From an uncultured Oscillospiraceae bacterium (GTDB lineage: Bacteria; Bacillota; Clostridia; Oscillospirales; Oscillospiraceae), in contig CALXGF010000068.1 of NCBI GenBank assembly GCA_944387735.1, positions 1-36,121 on the forward strand: 36,121 nucleotides of DNA, written 5' to 3'. Of this stretch, positions 1-8,877 are shown piece by piece. How positions within the stretch are numbered: the stretch's first letter is position 1; each line of letters opens with the position of its first letter. Made by a program: the position numbers and the translations under genes. A model generated the notes under the pieces. That model had not been told where the DNA came from and did no database searches. It saw only the letters and a program-made list of their open reading frames with translations.

Positions 1-32
1 CAGCTCCCGGCCTAATTCTTCAAAATTTTGCA

Positions 33-61
33 TTGAAACTCACTCCCATTCGTTCTATTAT
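33..61 (+). promoter_or_regulatory. Candidate sigma-70 promoter (TTGAAA, 17-nt spacer, TATTAT) for the yfcE-like/murT/gatD operon
   Basis: TTGAAA at 33-38 and TATTAT at 56-61 with a 17-nt spacer. It lies about 40 nt upstream of the ATG at 102, which is preceded by GAAAGGA. Its position argues against the upstream ORF start at 33. Confidence 0.4.
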
Positions 62-101
62 ATTCAATAGCTCATGCTATGATTACGAAAGGAACTTTGC
101 C

Positions 102-572
102 ATGAAAGCTGCCGTTTTTTCCGATACTCACACCAATATCGCCCTGTGCCTGGAGGCCGTGCGCCGCTACCGTCCCGATGCGATAATCCACCTGGGAGAC
201 CATGAGCGGGACGCCGTAGCCATTGCCCAGCAGTTCCCCGATATCCCTATGTACAATGTATGCGGCAACTGCGATCTTGCCCCCATCTCTCCCGCCAGCC
301 AGGTTATACAGCTGGGGCCGGTGAGGGCCTTTATCACCCACGGCCATCTGTACAACGTGGACTATGACCGCATCGATTCCCTGGTCTACGCCGCCCAGGA
401 GCAGGGCTGCAAACTGGCCATGTTCGGCCATACCCACCGCACTCTCTACCAGGAAGCGGGCGGCGTCACCGTCCTCAACCCCGGCACCGCCGGGAAAGGT
501 TCCAAGCTCACCTGGGCCCTGGTGGAAATTTTCGATAACGGCGGCATAATCTGTTCTATACAGGACCTGTGA
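102..572 (+). CDS. YfcE/MJ0936-family metallophosphoesterase (phosphodiesterase)
   Basis: Uses the internal start MKAAVFSDTHTN of ORF 33-572. The calcineurin-like metallophosphoesterase motifs appear in order: DTH, GDH, GNCD, and the HG/GH dipeptides of THGH and GHTH. Confidence 0.85.
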   Translation: MKAAVFSDTHTNIALCLEAVRRYRPDAIIHLGDHERDAVAIAQQFPDIPMYNVCGNCDLAPISPASQVIQLGPVRAFITHGHLYNVDYDRIDSLVYAAQEQGCKLAMFGHTHRTLYQEAGGVTVLNPGTAGKGSKLTWALVEIFDNGGIICSIQDL

Positions 573-622
573 AGCCGGGCCCCAACAGTGTAAACCATTC
601 TTTCTGCTGACGGAGTAAAAAC

Positions 623-1996
623 ATGAAGCTGAGAGCCATAATAGCAATCATAATCTGCAAGCTGCTCCGGGCCTTCTCCCGCCTGGTACACCGGGGCGGC
701 ACCGCCATGCCGGGGCGCATCGCCCTGAAGCTTTGTCCGGAGCTTTTATCCATTGTCTCCCAGGGAGTCAAAACCCTGGCCATAACCGGCACCAACGGCA
801 AGACCACCAGCTCCCGCATGGTGGAGCAGGCCTTTCTGGAGCAGGGCAAGAGCTACTTCTCCAACCGCTCCGGGGCAAACCTCATAAGCGGCATAACCAC
901 GGAGTTTGTGATGAACAGCAGTCTCGCCGGCAGGTGCCGTAAGGAATACGCCGTCATCGAGTGCGACGAGGCGGCGGCCCGCCGGGTCTTCCCCCAGCTC
1001 AGGCCCCAGGTGGTGGTGGTGACCAATCTCTTCCGAGACCAGCTGGACCGCTACGGGGAGGTGACCCATACCCTGGGCAACATTCGCGCAGCCCTGGAGG
1101 CCATCCCCCAGGCTACGCTCTGCCTCAACGCCGACTGCTCTCTCACCTCCTCCCTGGCTCTGGACCTGCCAAATCCCGTGGTCTATTTCGGCATAGAAAA
1201 AGGGGCCGCCCCCTCCCGGCCCAAGCCGGAGATCTCCGACGCCACCCACTGCATCCGCTGCAAGGCGGAATATGAATACGACTATATAAGCTACGGCCAT
1301 CTGGGGGGCTTTCGCTGCCCCCGCTGCGGCTACAGCCGCCATAAGGCCGACTATGCCGTGACGGACATACTCTCCCAGGGGGCGGACAGCAGCAGCCTCA
1401 TCATGGACATCAGGGGGGAAAAGCGCACGGTCACCGTGAACCTGCCCGCCATGTACAATATCTACAATGCCATAGGCGCCGTGGCCGCCGTCTCAGAGAT
1501 GGGCCTGGGCGCCCAGGCCGCCATCTCCGCCCTGGCGGACTTCCAGTGCGGCTTCGGACGCATGGAGCGCTTCCCGCTGGGCAAGGGGGGCGCCAGGATG
1601 ATGCTGGTGAAAAATCCCGCCGGATGCAGCCAGGTGATAGAATTTCTGGAAAATGTCCGGGAGAAGTTCGCCCTTGTGGTCTGTCTCAACGACCGCAGCG
1701 CCGACGGCACGGACATATCCTGGATATGGGACGCCGACTTTGAGGGGCTGAGCAGGCTCTCCGGCTATCTGGAAAAGGTGGTAGTCTCCGGAGACCGGGC
1801 CTCCGACATGGCCCTTCGTATAAAGTACGCCGGTATTGCCCCGGAGTATATACGGATAGAGCGCAGCTATGAAAAGCTGGTGGAATGGATAGAGCGGCAG
1901 GAAAAGCCGGTGTTTATCATGCCCACCTACACCGCCATGCTGGAGCTGCGGGAAGTGGTGATAAGCCACTGCGGCGGCAGCGAATTCTGGGAATAA
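623..1996 (+). CDS. murT: Lipid II isoglutaminyl synthase, Mur-ligase-like subunit MurT
   Basis: Mur-ligase P-loop ITGTNGKTT. Four-Cys ribbon CIRC...CPRC. The C-terminal region is of the DUF1727 type. The GatD partner gene follows 12 nt downstream. Confidence 0.9.
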   Translation: MKLRAIIAIIICKLLRAFSRLVHRGGTAMPGRIALKLCPELLSIVSQGVKTLAITGTNGKTTSSRMVEQAFLEQGKSYFSNRSGANLISGITTEFVMNSSLAGRCRKEYAVIECDEAAARRVFPQLRPQVVVVTNLFRDQLDRYGEVTHTLGNIRAALEAIPQATLCLNADCSLTSSLALDLPNPVVYFGIEKGAAPSRPKPEISDATHCIRCKAEYEYDYISYGHLGGFRCPRCGYSRHKADYAVTDILSQGADSSSLIMDIRGEKRTVTVNLPAMYNIYNAIGAVAAVSEMGLGAQAAISALADFQCGFGRMERFPLGKGGARMMLVKNPAGCSQVIEFLENVREKFALVVCLNDRSADGTDISWIWDADFEGLSRLSGYLEKVVVSGDRASDMALRIKYAGIAPEYIRIERSYEKLVEWIERQEKPVFIMPTYTAMLELREVVISHCGGSEFWE

Positions 1997-2008
1997 GGAG
2001 GAGCTGTG

Positions 2009-2734
2009 ATGGAGCTTAAAATTTGCCACATGTACCCGGATGTTCTGAACCTCTACGGCGACCGGGGGAATGTGATATGCATGACCAAGCGTCTTAGGTG
2101 GCGGGGCATAGAGGCCAGGGTTACAAAGCTGCCCATAGGGGACAGCCGCTCCCTGGCGGATTTCGACCTGGTATTCATAGGCGGCGGCCAGGACTTTGAG
2201 CAGCAGGTGCTGCTTTCGGACCTGCACAGGGGCAAGGACAGGGAGATAATAGCCGCCGTGGAAGACGGCGTCACCTTCCTGGCTATATGCGGCGGCTACC
2301 AGATGCTGGGCAGCTACTATGAGACCTTTGACGGGAAACGCTGCGACTTTATCGGAGCGCTGGATCTGTACACCAAGGGCTCTGTGAAGCGTATGATAGG
2401 CAATTACAAATTCAGGTGCTCCCCATCCGCCGGCGGCAGCGTAGTGGTGGGCTTTGAAAACCACAGCGGCAAGACCTGGCTGGGCAGCGGTCTGGAGCCC
2501 CTGGGGAAGGTGCTCTCCGGCTTCGGAAACAACGGAGAGGACGGCAGCGAGGGCGCCCACTACAAAAATGTCTTCGGCACCTACAGCCACGGGCCTCTGC
2601 TGCCCAAGAACCCGGAATTTTGCGATCTGGTTCTAAAGACCGCTCTGGAGCGAAAATACGGCTCCGTGGAGCTCTTGCCCCTGGACGACGGCGCAGAGCT
2701 TCTGGCCCACGACGAGATGTGCGCCAAGCTATGA
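2009..2734 (+). CDS. gatD: Lipid II isoglutaminyl synthase, glutamine amidotransferase subunit GatD (CobQ/CobB-type GATase)
   Basis: The N-terminus MELKICHMYPDVLNLYGDRGN is typical of GatD. Nucleophile Cys in AICGGYQMLG and His in GFENHSG. AAGGAGG sits 7 nt upstream of the ATG at 2009; the ORF-track start at 2006 is a GTG one codon earlier. Confidence 0.9.
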   Translation: MELKICHMYPDVLNLYGDRGNVICMTKRLRWRGIEARVTKLPIGDSRSLADFDLVFIGGGQDFEQQVLLSDLHRGKDREIIAAVEDGVTFLAICGGYQMLGSYYETFDGKRCDFIGALDLYTKGSVKRMIGNYKFRCSPSAGGSVVVGFENHSGKTWLGSGLEPLGKVLSGFGNNGEDGSEGAHYKNVFGTYSHGPLLPKNPEFCDLVLKTALERKYGSVELLPLDDGAELLAHDEMCAKL

Positions 2735-2753
2735 CGCCCTTTGGAGGACACAG

Positions 2754-4019
2754 ATGATAAGATTTTACAACGGAAAAATCCTCAGCTTTGCAGGCGGTAT
2801 CAAGGTAAGCAATGACGAGGTCTGGGTGGAGGGCAGCCGTATATCCTATGTGGGCCCCGCCAGAGAGGATATGCCGGCCTTTCAGCGGCAGATAGACCTG
2901 AAGGGCGACCTGCTCCTGCCCGGCTTCAAGGACGCCCACACCCACACCGCCATGGTCTTTCTCCGCTCCTACGCCGACGACCTGCCTTTGCAGGATTGGC
3001 TCTATAACAAGGTCTTCCCCCATGAGGCCAAGCTGACGCCGGAGGCCGTATACCAGTTCGCCCGCCTGGGTATCATGGAGTACCTATCCTCCGGTATTAC
3101 CGCCAGCTTTGACATGTATTACCACAACGAGGCCTACGCCAAGGCCAATGTGGACTGCGGCTTCCGCACGGTCATCTGCTCGGCCATGAACGATTTCGAC
3201 GCCGACCCTACCAATATCGAGCGGGAATACCTGCGCTTTAACAATTATAACGAGCTGGTGAGCTACAAGCTGGGCATCCACGCCGAGTACACCACCGGCA
3301 TTAAACGCATGGAGTACATGGCCTCTCTGGCGGAGAAGTACCAGGCCCCCTGCTATATGCACTGCTGCGAGACCAAGGCGGAGGTGGAGGGCTGCCTTCA
3401 GCGTCACGGCCTCACCCCGCCCCAGCTGCTGGACAGAATGGGCCTGTTCCGCTACGGCGGCGGCGGCTTCCACTGCGTATGGATGAGCGAGGAGGACATA
3501 GATCTTTTTGCCCGCAAGGGCATTTACGCCGTCACCAACCCCGCCTCCAACCTGAAGCTTGCCAGCGGCATAGCCCCGGTGGACAAGCTCCTTTCCGCCG
3601 GCGTACCCATGGCCTTAGGCACCGACGGGGCCGCCAGCAACAACGCCCTGGATATGTTCCGGGAGATGTACCTGGCCAGCTGCTTGCAGAAGCTCAGTCT
3701 CCGGGACGCCTCCGCCGGAAGGGCGGAGGACATTCTCTCCATGGCCTGCGTGGGCGGCGCCCACGCCATGGGCCTTTCAGACTGCGACGATATCGCCGTG
3801 GGGAAGAAGGCGGACCTCTGCGTTATTGATCTCCGCCGGCCCAACATGCAGCCGCTGCTGAACATCCCCAAGAACCTGGTCTACGCCGGGTCCAAGGAAA
3901 ACGTGCGCCTGACCATGGTAAACGGCCGCATCCTCTATGAAAACGCCCAATTCTTTATAGGCGAGGAGCCGGAGGAGATATACCGGCAGGTGAACAGCTT
4001 ATGCGGGAGCATACTATGA
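2754..4019 (+). CDS. Amidohydrolase-superfamily deaminase, MtaD-like (5-methylthioadenosine/S-adenosylhomocysteine deaminase type)
   Basis: Metal-binding HxH in PGFKDAHTHTAM, followed by LRSYADDLPLQDWL...EAKLTPE. Later motifs MHCCET and LGTDGAASNN. Size of 421 aa fits the family. GGAGGA RBS upstream. Confidence 0.8.
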   Translation: MIRFYNGKILSFAGGIKVSNDEVWVEGSRISYVGPAREDMPAFQRQIDLKGDLLLPGFKDAHTHTAMVFLRSYADDLPLQDWLYNKVFPHEAKLTPEAVYQFARLGIMEYLSSGITASFDMYYHNEAYAKANVDCGFRTVICSAMNDFDADPTNIEREYLRFNNYNELVSYKLGIHAEYTTGIKRMEYMASLAEKYQAPCYMHCCETKAEVEGCLQRHGLTPPQLLDRMGLFRYGGGGFHCVWMSEEDIDLFARKGIYAVTNPASNLKLASGIAPVDKLLSAGVPMALGTDGAASNNALDMFREMYLASCLQKLSLRDASAGRAEDILSMACVGGAHAMGLSDCDDIAVGKKADLCVIDLRRPNMQPLLNIPKNLVYAGSKENVRLTMVNGRILYENAQFFIGEEPEEIYRQVNSLCGSIL

Positions 4020-4858
4020 AGCTTATAGACCTGCATGCCCACAGCACCGCCTCCGACGGTACCGCCTCCCCCCGGGAGCTGGCGGAGCTGGCTCTCCGCC
4101 AGGGGCTCTCCGCCGTGGCTCTCACCGACCACGACACGGTGCTGGGCTATCCGGAGCTGAAAAAGGCCGGGGAGGAGCTGGGGATAGAGACCGTCCCCGG
4201 CATTGAGATAAGCACCAAGTTCCACCGGGCAGTCCATATTTTGGGCTATTACATTGATCCCCACTCCCCCCACCTAGAGCCGGTGCTCAACTGGGTGGTG
4301 GAGGACAGAGACAAGCGCAACCGGGAGATGTGCCGCCTAATGGCTGCCGACGGTCTGCCGGTAAATTATGAGGATATGAAAAAACGCTTCGGCCCGGTGA
4401 TAGGCCGTCCCCACTTTGCCGATCTGCTGGTAGAGCTGGGCCTGGCCAAAAACGTCCGGGACGCCTTCGACCGCTATGTGGAGAAGGGGCAGCGCTACTA
4501 TGTGGGCCGCAACATTCTCCCCATAGAGCGGGCCATTGAGATAATCAGTCTCTCCGGCGGCGTGCCGGTACTGGCCCATCCCTTCCAATACAAGCTGGAC
4601 GACCCCGGCCTCAGGGAGCTGATAGAACACTGCATAGCCCAGGGTCTGCGGGGCATGGAGTGCCGCTACAGCGGCTACGGCCCGGAGCAGAGCGCCTATC
4701 TGGAAAAGCTGGCGGAGGAGTACGGCCTCATCAAAACCGGAGGCAGCGACTACCACGGCAGCAACAAGCCCCGCATCTGTCTGGGCAGCGGCATAGAGGG
4801 CAATCTCCATGTGCCCTGGGAGTGGCTGGAAAGGCTGAAAGAAGCGGCCGGGAAGTAA
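4016..4858 (+). CDS. PHP-domain phosphoesterase (TrpH/YciV-like)
   Basis: MKLIDLHAHSTASDG...LTDHDT is the PHP N-terminal metal motif, with GGSDYHG near the C-terminus. The ATG at 4016 overlaps the upstream TGA (ATGA), indicating translational coupling. Confidence 0.85.
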   Translation: MKLIDLHAHSTASDGTASPRELAELALRQGLSAVALTDHDTVLGYPELKKAGEELGIETVPGIEISTKFHRAVHILGYYIDPHSPHLEPVLNWVVEDRDKRNREMCRLMAADGLPVNYEDMKKRFGPVIGRPHFADLLVELGLAKNVRDAFDRYVEKGQRYYVGRNILPIERAIEIISLSGGVPVLAHPFQYKLDDPGLRELIEHCIAQGLRGMECRYSGYGPEQSAYLEKLAEEYGLIKTGGSDYHGSNKPRICLGSGIEGNLHVPWEWLERLKEAAGK

Positions 4859-4870
4859 TATGGAAAAATC

Positions 4871-4901
4871 AAATCCAGGCGGTAAAGTTCCGCCTGGATT
4901 T
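4871..4901. terminator. Bidirectional intrinsic terminator between the PHP gene (+) and the MATE gene (-)
   Basis: Perfect 12-bp stem AAATCCAGGCGG / CCGCCTGGATTT with a 7-nt loop. The A/T runs lie within the stem arms (AAAT.../...ATTT), with further A- and T-rich sequence flanking on both sides. Confidence 0.75.
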
Positions 4902-4942
4902 AGTGTTATATTTTGCTGTCACCGGCCTTGCTTTACTGCAGC

Positions 4943-6274
4943 TCATTCTTTCACCAGATTCAGCTTTCTGGCCCAGTGGCCCTTATAGTAGTAGATGAGC
5001 AGCAGGGCGCTGCACATCATCCAGCCCATGGGGTAACCCAGGGCAATGACCCCGGCGGTGGCTCCCAGACGGGATACAATAAAGAGATACAGCTGCCGGA
5101 ACGCCACAAAGGAGAAGAGCATGATGTACATGGTGTTCTTGGTATCCCCCGCTCCCCGAAGGGCTCCGGAATACACCTGGTTGATGACGAAGGCCACATA
5201 GAAGGGGGAGCACAGGCGCACAAACAGGGTGCCGAACTCTATGACCTCTTTGTCGTCATTGAACAGAGCCGTGAGCTGGGGGGCAAAGACCATCATCGGC
5301 ACAAGGATCATCAGGGTGACGATAAAGCCCATTATAAGCCCGTATTTGGGGCCGGACTTGGCCCTCTTCAGGTCGCCGGCCCCCAGGTTCTGGCCAACGA
5401 AGGTGGTCAGGGCCAGGGACAGGCTCTGCATGGGCAGCATGGCCAGAGCGTCCAGCTTGTTATAGGCGGTCCAGCCTGCCATGCAGGAGCTCTCGAAGTG
5501 GTTGATATAGCCCATGACGAAGATATTGGAAAAGGCCGTTATGCCCATTTGCAGGGACGAGGGTATGCCTATATTGCAGATGCGCCGGAGCATGCCCTTG
5601 TGCATCCTCAGCTGGGAGAAGGCCAGGCGGTAGGGCTCCTTGGAGCGCAGCAAAAGCAGCATGACCAGTATGGCGGAGACAAACTGGGAGATAATTGTGG
5701 CTATGGCGGCGCCGGCTATGCCCTGCTCCAATACCGCCACGAAGAACAGGTCCAGCACCGTGTTCATCACGGCGGAGAATATAAGGAAGTACAGAGGCCG
5801 GGTAGAGTCCCCCACGGCTCTCAGTATACCAGAGCCTATGTTATACAGCAGCAGGCCCGACACCCCGCCGAAATAAATGCGTAAGTACAGCTCCGCCTCC
5901 AGGATGACGTCCGAGGGCGTATCCATCAGCTCCAGCATCAGAGGCGTGGCCCAGACGCCCACCACCGTCAGCACCACGCAGGTGACCAGGGTGAGCATCA
6001 CCGTGGTATGCACCGCCTTGCCCAGCTTCTCCTCATCCTTGGCCCCATAGTACTGGGATATGACCACTGAGGCTCCGGCGGCAAGGCCGCTGAAAAGTCC
6101 GATGAGGGTATTGATTATCGGCCCCGTACAGCCCACCGCCGCCAGGGCCTGTTTGCTGACAAAGTTGCCCACTATAAGGGAGTCTACCGTATTATACAGC
6201 TGCTGAAAAAGATTCCCCAGCATCAATGGCACGGCAAAGGCAAACAGAAGCTTTGATATGCTGCCCTGGGTCAT
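4943..6274 (-). CDS. MATE-family multidrug/toxin efflux transporter
   Basis: This is the C-terminal 443 aa of the 755-aa ORF. MTQGSISKLLFAFAVPLMLGNLFQQLYNTVDSLIVG is a canonical MATE N-terminus, followed by about 12 hydrophobic segments. An alternative TTG start at 6310 is preceded by GGAGGGGG. The upstream 312 aa are rejected as antisense to the sigma gene. Confidence 0.85.
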   Translation of the reverse strand: MTQGSISKLLFAFAVPLMLGNLFQQLYNTVDSLIVGNFVSKQALAAVGCTGPIINTLIGLFSGLAAGASVVISQYYGAKDEEKLGKAVHTTVMLTLVTCVVLTVVGVWATPLMLELMDTPSDVILEAELYLRIYFGGVSGLLLYNIGSGILRAVGDSTRPLYFLIFSAVMNTVLDLFFVAVLEQGIAGAAIATIISQFVSAILVMLLLLRSKEPYRLAFSQLRMHKGMLRRICNIGIPSSLQMGITAFSNIFVMGYINHFESSCMAGWTAYNKLDALAMLPMQSLSLALTTFVGQNLGAGDLKRAKSGPKYGLIMGFIVTLMILVPMMVFAPQLTALFNDDKEVIEFGTLFVRLCSPFYVAFVINQVYSGALRGAGDTKNTMYIMLFSFVAFRQLYLFIVSRLGATAGVIALGYPMGWMMCSALLLIYYYKGHWARKLNLVKE

Positions 6275-6343
6275 GTCCGTATCATGACGGGACTTATGCA
6301 GTATGGACAAAGCGATACCCCCTCCATATATACATTCAAAAAA

Positions 6344-6373
6344 AGTATATGCCCGCTTTGACATTTCTGTCAA
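6344..6373 (-). promoter_or_regulatory. Candidate sigma-70 promoter for the MATE gene (TTGACA, 18-nt spacer, TATACT on the minus strand)
   Basis: On the minus strand, TTGACA corresponds to plus-strand 6368-6373 and TATACT to plus-strand 6344-6349. The -35 is half of the palindrome TTGACA-N4-TGTCAA (6358-6373). Confidence 0.45.
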
Positions 6374-6553
6374 GGCCGCAGCAAATTTCTGTAAATATTT
6401 TACTATTTCTCTGCCGTTAATTACAATTTGCCTTTCTATTTCGTCTAAAGTAAAATAAGAGCAAAAAAATTTTGAAATCCGGTGACCCGGAGGGTACTTT
6501 TCCTGAGTATATAGGTGAAAGGCCTTTAACAAGGGAAGGATGGAGGGAAAGCC

Positions 6554-7114
6554 ATGGAAGACAGAGAGATAGTGGAACTGTACTGGCAGCGTTCGGAGTC
6601 CGCCATAGCGGAGACGGAGAGCAAATACGGCGCCTACTGCCGATACATCGCCCGGAATATTCTCCAGGACCGGGAGGACAGCGAGGAGTGCGTCAACGAC
6701 GCCTATCTGGGGGTGTGGAACAGCATCCCCACCAAGCGCCCTCAGGTGCTGAAGAGCTACATTGGCCGCATCACCCGGAACATCGCCCTGAACAGATACG
6801 GCAGCCTCTCCGCCGCCAAGCGGAACTTCGGCCAGGCGCCCCTGGCTCTGGAGGAGTTGGGAGACTGCGTTCCCGACCGGGACGGCTCCGACAGGCTGGC
6901 GGATGATCTCAGTCTGGCGGAGCTGCTCAATTACTTTCTCTCCTCCCTGCCGGCGGGACAGAGGAAAATCTTTGTACGCCGCTACTGGTATCTCAGTCCG
7001 GTAAAGGAGATAGCCGCCGAATACAACATCAGCGAGAGCAAGGTGAAGATGTCCCTGCTGCGCTCCAGGGACAAGCTGAGACTGCTTCTGGAAAAGGAGG
7101 GAATCTACCTGTGA
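6554..7114 (+). CDS. Sigma-70-family (ECF-like, regions 2 and 4 only) RNA polymerase sigma factor
   Basis: 186 aa. Region-2-like EECVNDAYLGVW and a region-4 HTH, YWYLSPVKEIAAEYNISESKVKMSLLRSRDKL. GGAGG lies 7 nt upstream of the ATG. Confidence 0.85.
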   Translation: MEDREIVELYWQRSESAIAETESKYGAYCRYIARNILQDREDSEECVNDAYLGVWNSIPTKRPQVLKSYIGRITRNIALNRYGSLSAAKRNFGQAPLALEELGDCVPDRDGSDRLADDLSLAELLNYFLSSLPAGQRKIFVRRYWYLSPVKEIAAEYNISESKVKMSLLRSRDKLRLLLEKEGIYL

Positions 7115-8826
7115 AACAGCAGCGAATCCTGGATATGCTGGAACATATCGACGAAAAATATATAATCGAGGCCGCCCCGGCCCTGAGGGCCCGCCGCTCC
7201 TCCGCCCCACGGAAAGCCGGGCGCACTCTCCTCATTGCGGCGGTGATAGTGTCCCTCTTTGCCGCCCTCTGCGCCGTGGCCTATGCCGCCGGCTGGTTCG
7301 GCCTGGCCCAGCGCATAACAAAGCCGGCGGAACCTGCCGGCGTATCCCTTATCATAGGCGAAGAGACGCCTGTGGAGGGATACATCAGCATGAACGGCAT
7401 TGCCGGCAGCCCGGAGGCCCAGGCCCACGCAGAATGGGTGGCCTTCCGGGATGAGTATGTGGCTCAGCACAGCTTCTCCAACCACACCGACCTGAGCTGG
7501 CTGGGCGGGGACGAGCTGATGGAGAGCTACTACATGATATACGGGGCTTACGACCAGACCATGCTGGACAAGCTCCTGGAAATCAGCGAGAAATATAATG
7601 TAAAGCTTCACAGCCAGATGTACGCACCTCCCACCGACGCCAAGTTCTACAAGGTCAGCGGCTGTGAGCCCTTTGTGCTCTCCGACAACAGCCTCAGCCC
7701 CATGTATCTCTATGAGGACGGCTCCTATAAGTTTGAGGGCTATGTCACCGCCGGGGAGCAGGAGCAGGTGCTCAGTTTTATCCGGGGCCGGAAGGGAGTG
7801 CTGGACCCCAGCCTGACCACGGTATATGACAGCGGGGATTACGAGGAATGGCAGTATATAAACGTCTCCGGGGACGAGCTGAACCTGGCCCGGAACACCG
7901 TGCCCAGCCAGGCTACCGGGGACTGCGGGCTGTTCATCTTCTGTGAGAAGGGGGACTATATCTTCACCGTCTATGCCGGGGCCGACAGCCAGGAGCAGGC
8001 GGAGCTGCTGGCGGACCAGTTCGACTTTGACGCCGCCGCCAAGGGCGGAGAGGAGCTGGATCTGGACAGCGTCCTCAAGGTGGAGGCCGCCCAGGCCAAG
8101 CCCAAGGAGGGGCTGATGACCATGGCCGACTGGCTGGCCACCGACGAGTACAAGGCGTCCTCAGAGTTTCGCAGCCTGGTCTGTGAGTACGCAGGCACTC
8201 TGCCGGAGAATGCGGACACTGTGGAGGGCACCATGATGTACAAATACTTCAACGGCTTTTCCGCAGCAGCCGACGAAAACATTCTGTCCTTCCGGGACCG
8301 GGTGGCGGAGGAATATCCCGATCTGGTATATCCCATAAACAACACCGCCGTCATTGCAAACATGGAGATCGCCGACGGATATATATCTTATATGGCGGGA
8401 CATCGCATAGGCGGAGAGACAGGCCGGGAATACACCGACGAGGAGATGTATGAGCTCTTCGGCGCCGAAAGCTTCAGCTCCCAGGGCAATATATTCTGGT
8501 CCATCGCCTATGACAACGGCGCCGCCTATGCCAATGTCGCCGCCTTCCACAGCAGCTACTATGTCCATTACATTCCCAAAGGCGCCTTCTATCCCCTTAT
8601 CCAGCCGGTGGTGAACCCGGAGCTGGAGGGCTGGGCCTACGACAGCGCCTGCGGTGAGCAGGTGTACATTGTCCCCGGCGGGCCCATTGACTACCCGGTC
8701 CTCTCCTACAGCAGCATCCTCTATGAGACGGACAAGGCCTATGTGATAGTGGAAGTGGGCGGCCAGGGTGACGCCGGCTCCTTGCAGACGGTGGCCGACG
8801 ATATTGATTTTACAAGGTTCAAATAG
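7111..8826 (+). CDS. Single-pass membrane protein, putative anti-sigma factor with a large extracytoplasmic domain
   Basis: The GTG start overlaps the sigma-gene stop (GTGA). A cytoplasmic N-terminus of about 39 aa (RILDMLEHIDEKYIIEAAP) is followed by one TM segment (LLIAAVIVSLFAALCAVAYAAGWF) and about 500 aa outside. No zinc anti-sigma HxxxCxxC motif is present. The function is inferred from position and topology only. Confidence 0.55.
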   Translation: MKQQRILDMLEHIDEKYIIEAAPALRARRSSAPRKAGRTLLIAAVIVSLFAALCAVAYAAGWFGLAQRITKPAEPAGVSLIIGEETPVEGYISMNGIAGSPEAQAHAEWVAFRDEYVAQHSFSNHTDLSWLGGDELMESYYMIYGAYDQTMLDKLLEISEKYNVKLHSQMYAPPTDAKFYKVSGCEPFVLSDNSLSPMYLYEDGSYKFEGYVTAGEQEQVLSFIRGRKGVLDPSLTTVYDSGDYEEWQYINVSGDELNLARNTVPSQATGDCGLFIFCEKGDYIFTVYAGADSQEQAELLADQFDFDAAAKGGEELDLDSVLKVEAAQAKPKEGLMTMADWLATDEYKASSEFRSLVCEYAGTLPENADTVEGTMMYKYFNGFSAAADENILSFRDRVAEEYPDLVYPINNTAVIANMEIADGYISYMAGHRIGGETGREYTDEEMYELFGAESFSSQGNIFWSIAYDNGAAYANVAAFHSSYYVHYIPKGAFYPLIQPVVNPELEGWAYDSACGEQVYIVPGGPIDYPVLSYSSILYETDKAYVIVEVGGQGDAGSLQTVADDIDFTRFK

Positions 8827-8877
8827 GGCGGAGCTGTTGGCGCAGCTCTCTTAAATCAACGGAGAAGGGAGGCTTTC

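Noticed and set aside
33-101. Upstream in-frame extensions offered by the ORF track for several genes: 33 for yfcE-like, 4001 for PHP, 11178 for wecE, 12343 for the membrane protein, 13712 for GNAT, 16084 for ATP-grasp, 18164 for proC, 31306 for merR, 31392 for the flavoprotein, 32925 for the cyclophilin-like lipoprotein
   Set aside because: In every case an internal ATG preceded by a GGAGG-like RBS coincides with the conserved family N-terminus or a signal peptide. The extensions overlap the preceding gene or a promoter and add non-homologous sequence.
623-4858. Whether yfcE-like/murT/gatD/amidohydrolase/PHP constitutes a novel functional system
   Set aside because: MurT/GatD is a well-characterised pair. 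The flanking hydrolases are common housekeeping families, and their linkage here (including the ATGA coupling at 4016) is adequately explained by operon packing. I see nothing in the sequence that points to a new function.
6461-6473. The 13-mer GCAAAAAAATTTT occurs in two divergent promoter regions (6461-6473 and 31276-31288)
   Set aside because: It is a short, low-complexity A/T tract. Recurrence of such a tract in A+T-rich promoter regions is plausible by chance or as generic UP-element-like sequence. There is no flanking similarity to suggest a shared operator or mobile repeat.
4943-7210. A 755-aa minus-strand ORF that would give the MATE transporter a 312-aa N-terminal extension
   Set aside because: The extension runs antisense through the well-supported sigma-factor gene and across an A+T-rich promoter region. 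It is Gly/Ala/Pro/Arg-rich with no recognisable domain. A good promoter (6344-6373) lies inside it. The MATE homology begins at MTQGSISKLL (ATG at 6274), with a possible TTG at 6310.
8829-8850. A weak hairpin (GAGCTG-N6-CAGCTC) between the anti-sigma gene and the lipoprotein gene, considered as a possible terminator
   Set aside because: The stem is only 6 bp with no convincing U-tract. I treat the three genes as one unit. Partial attenuation cannot be excluded.
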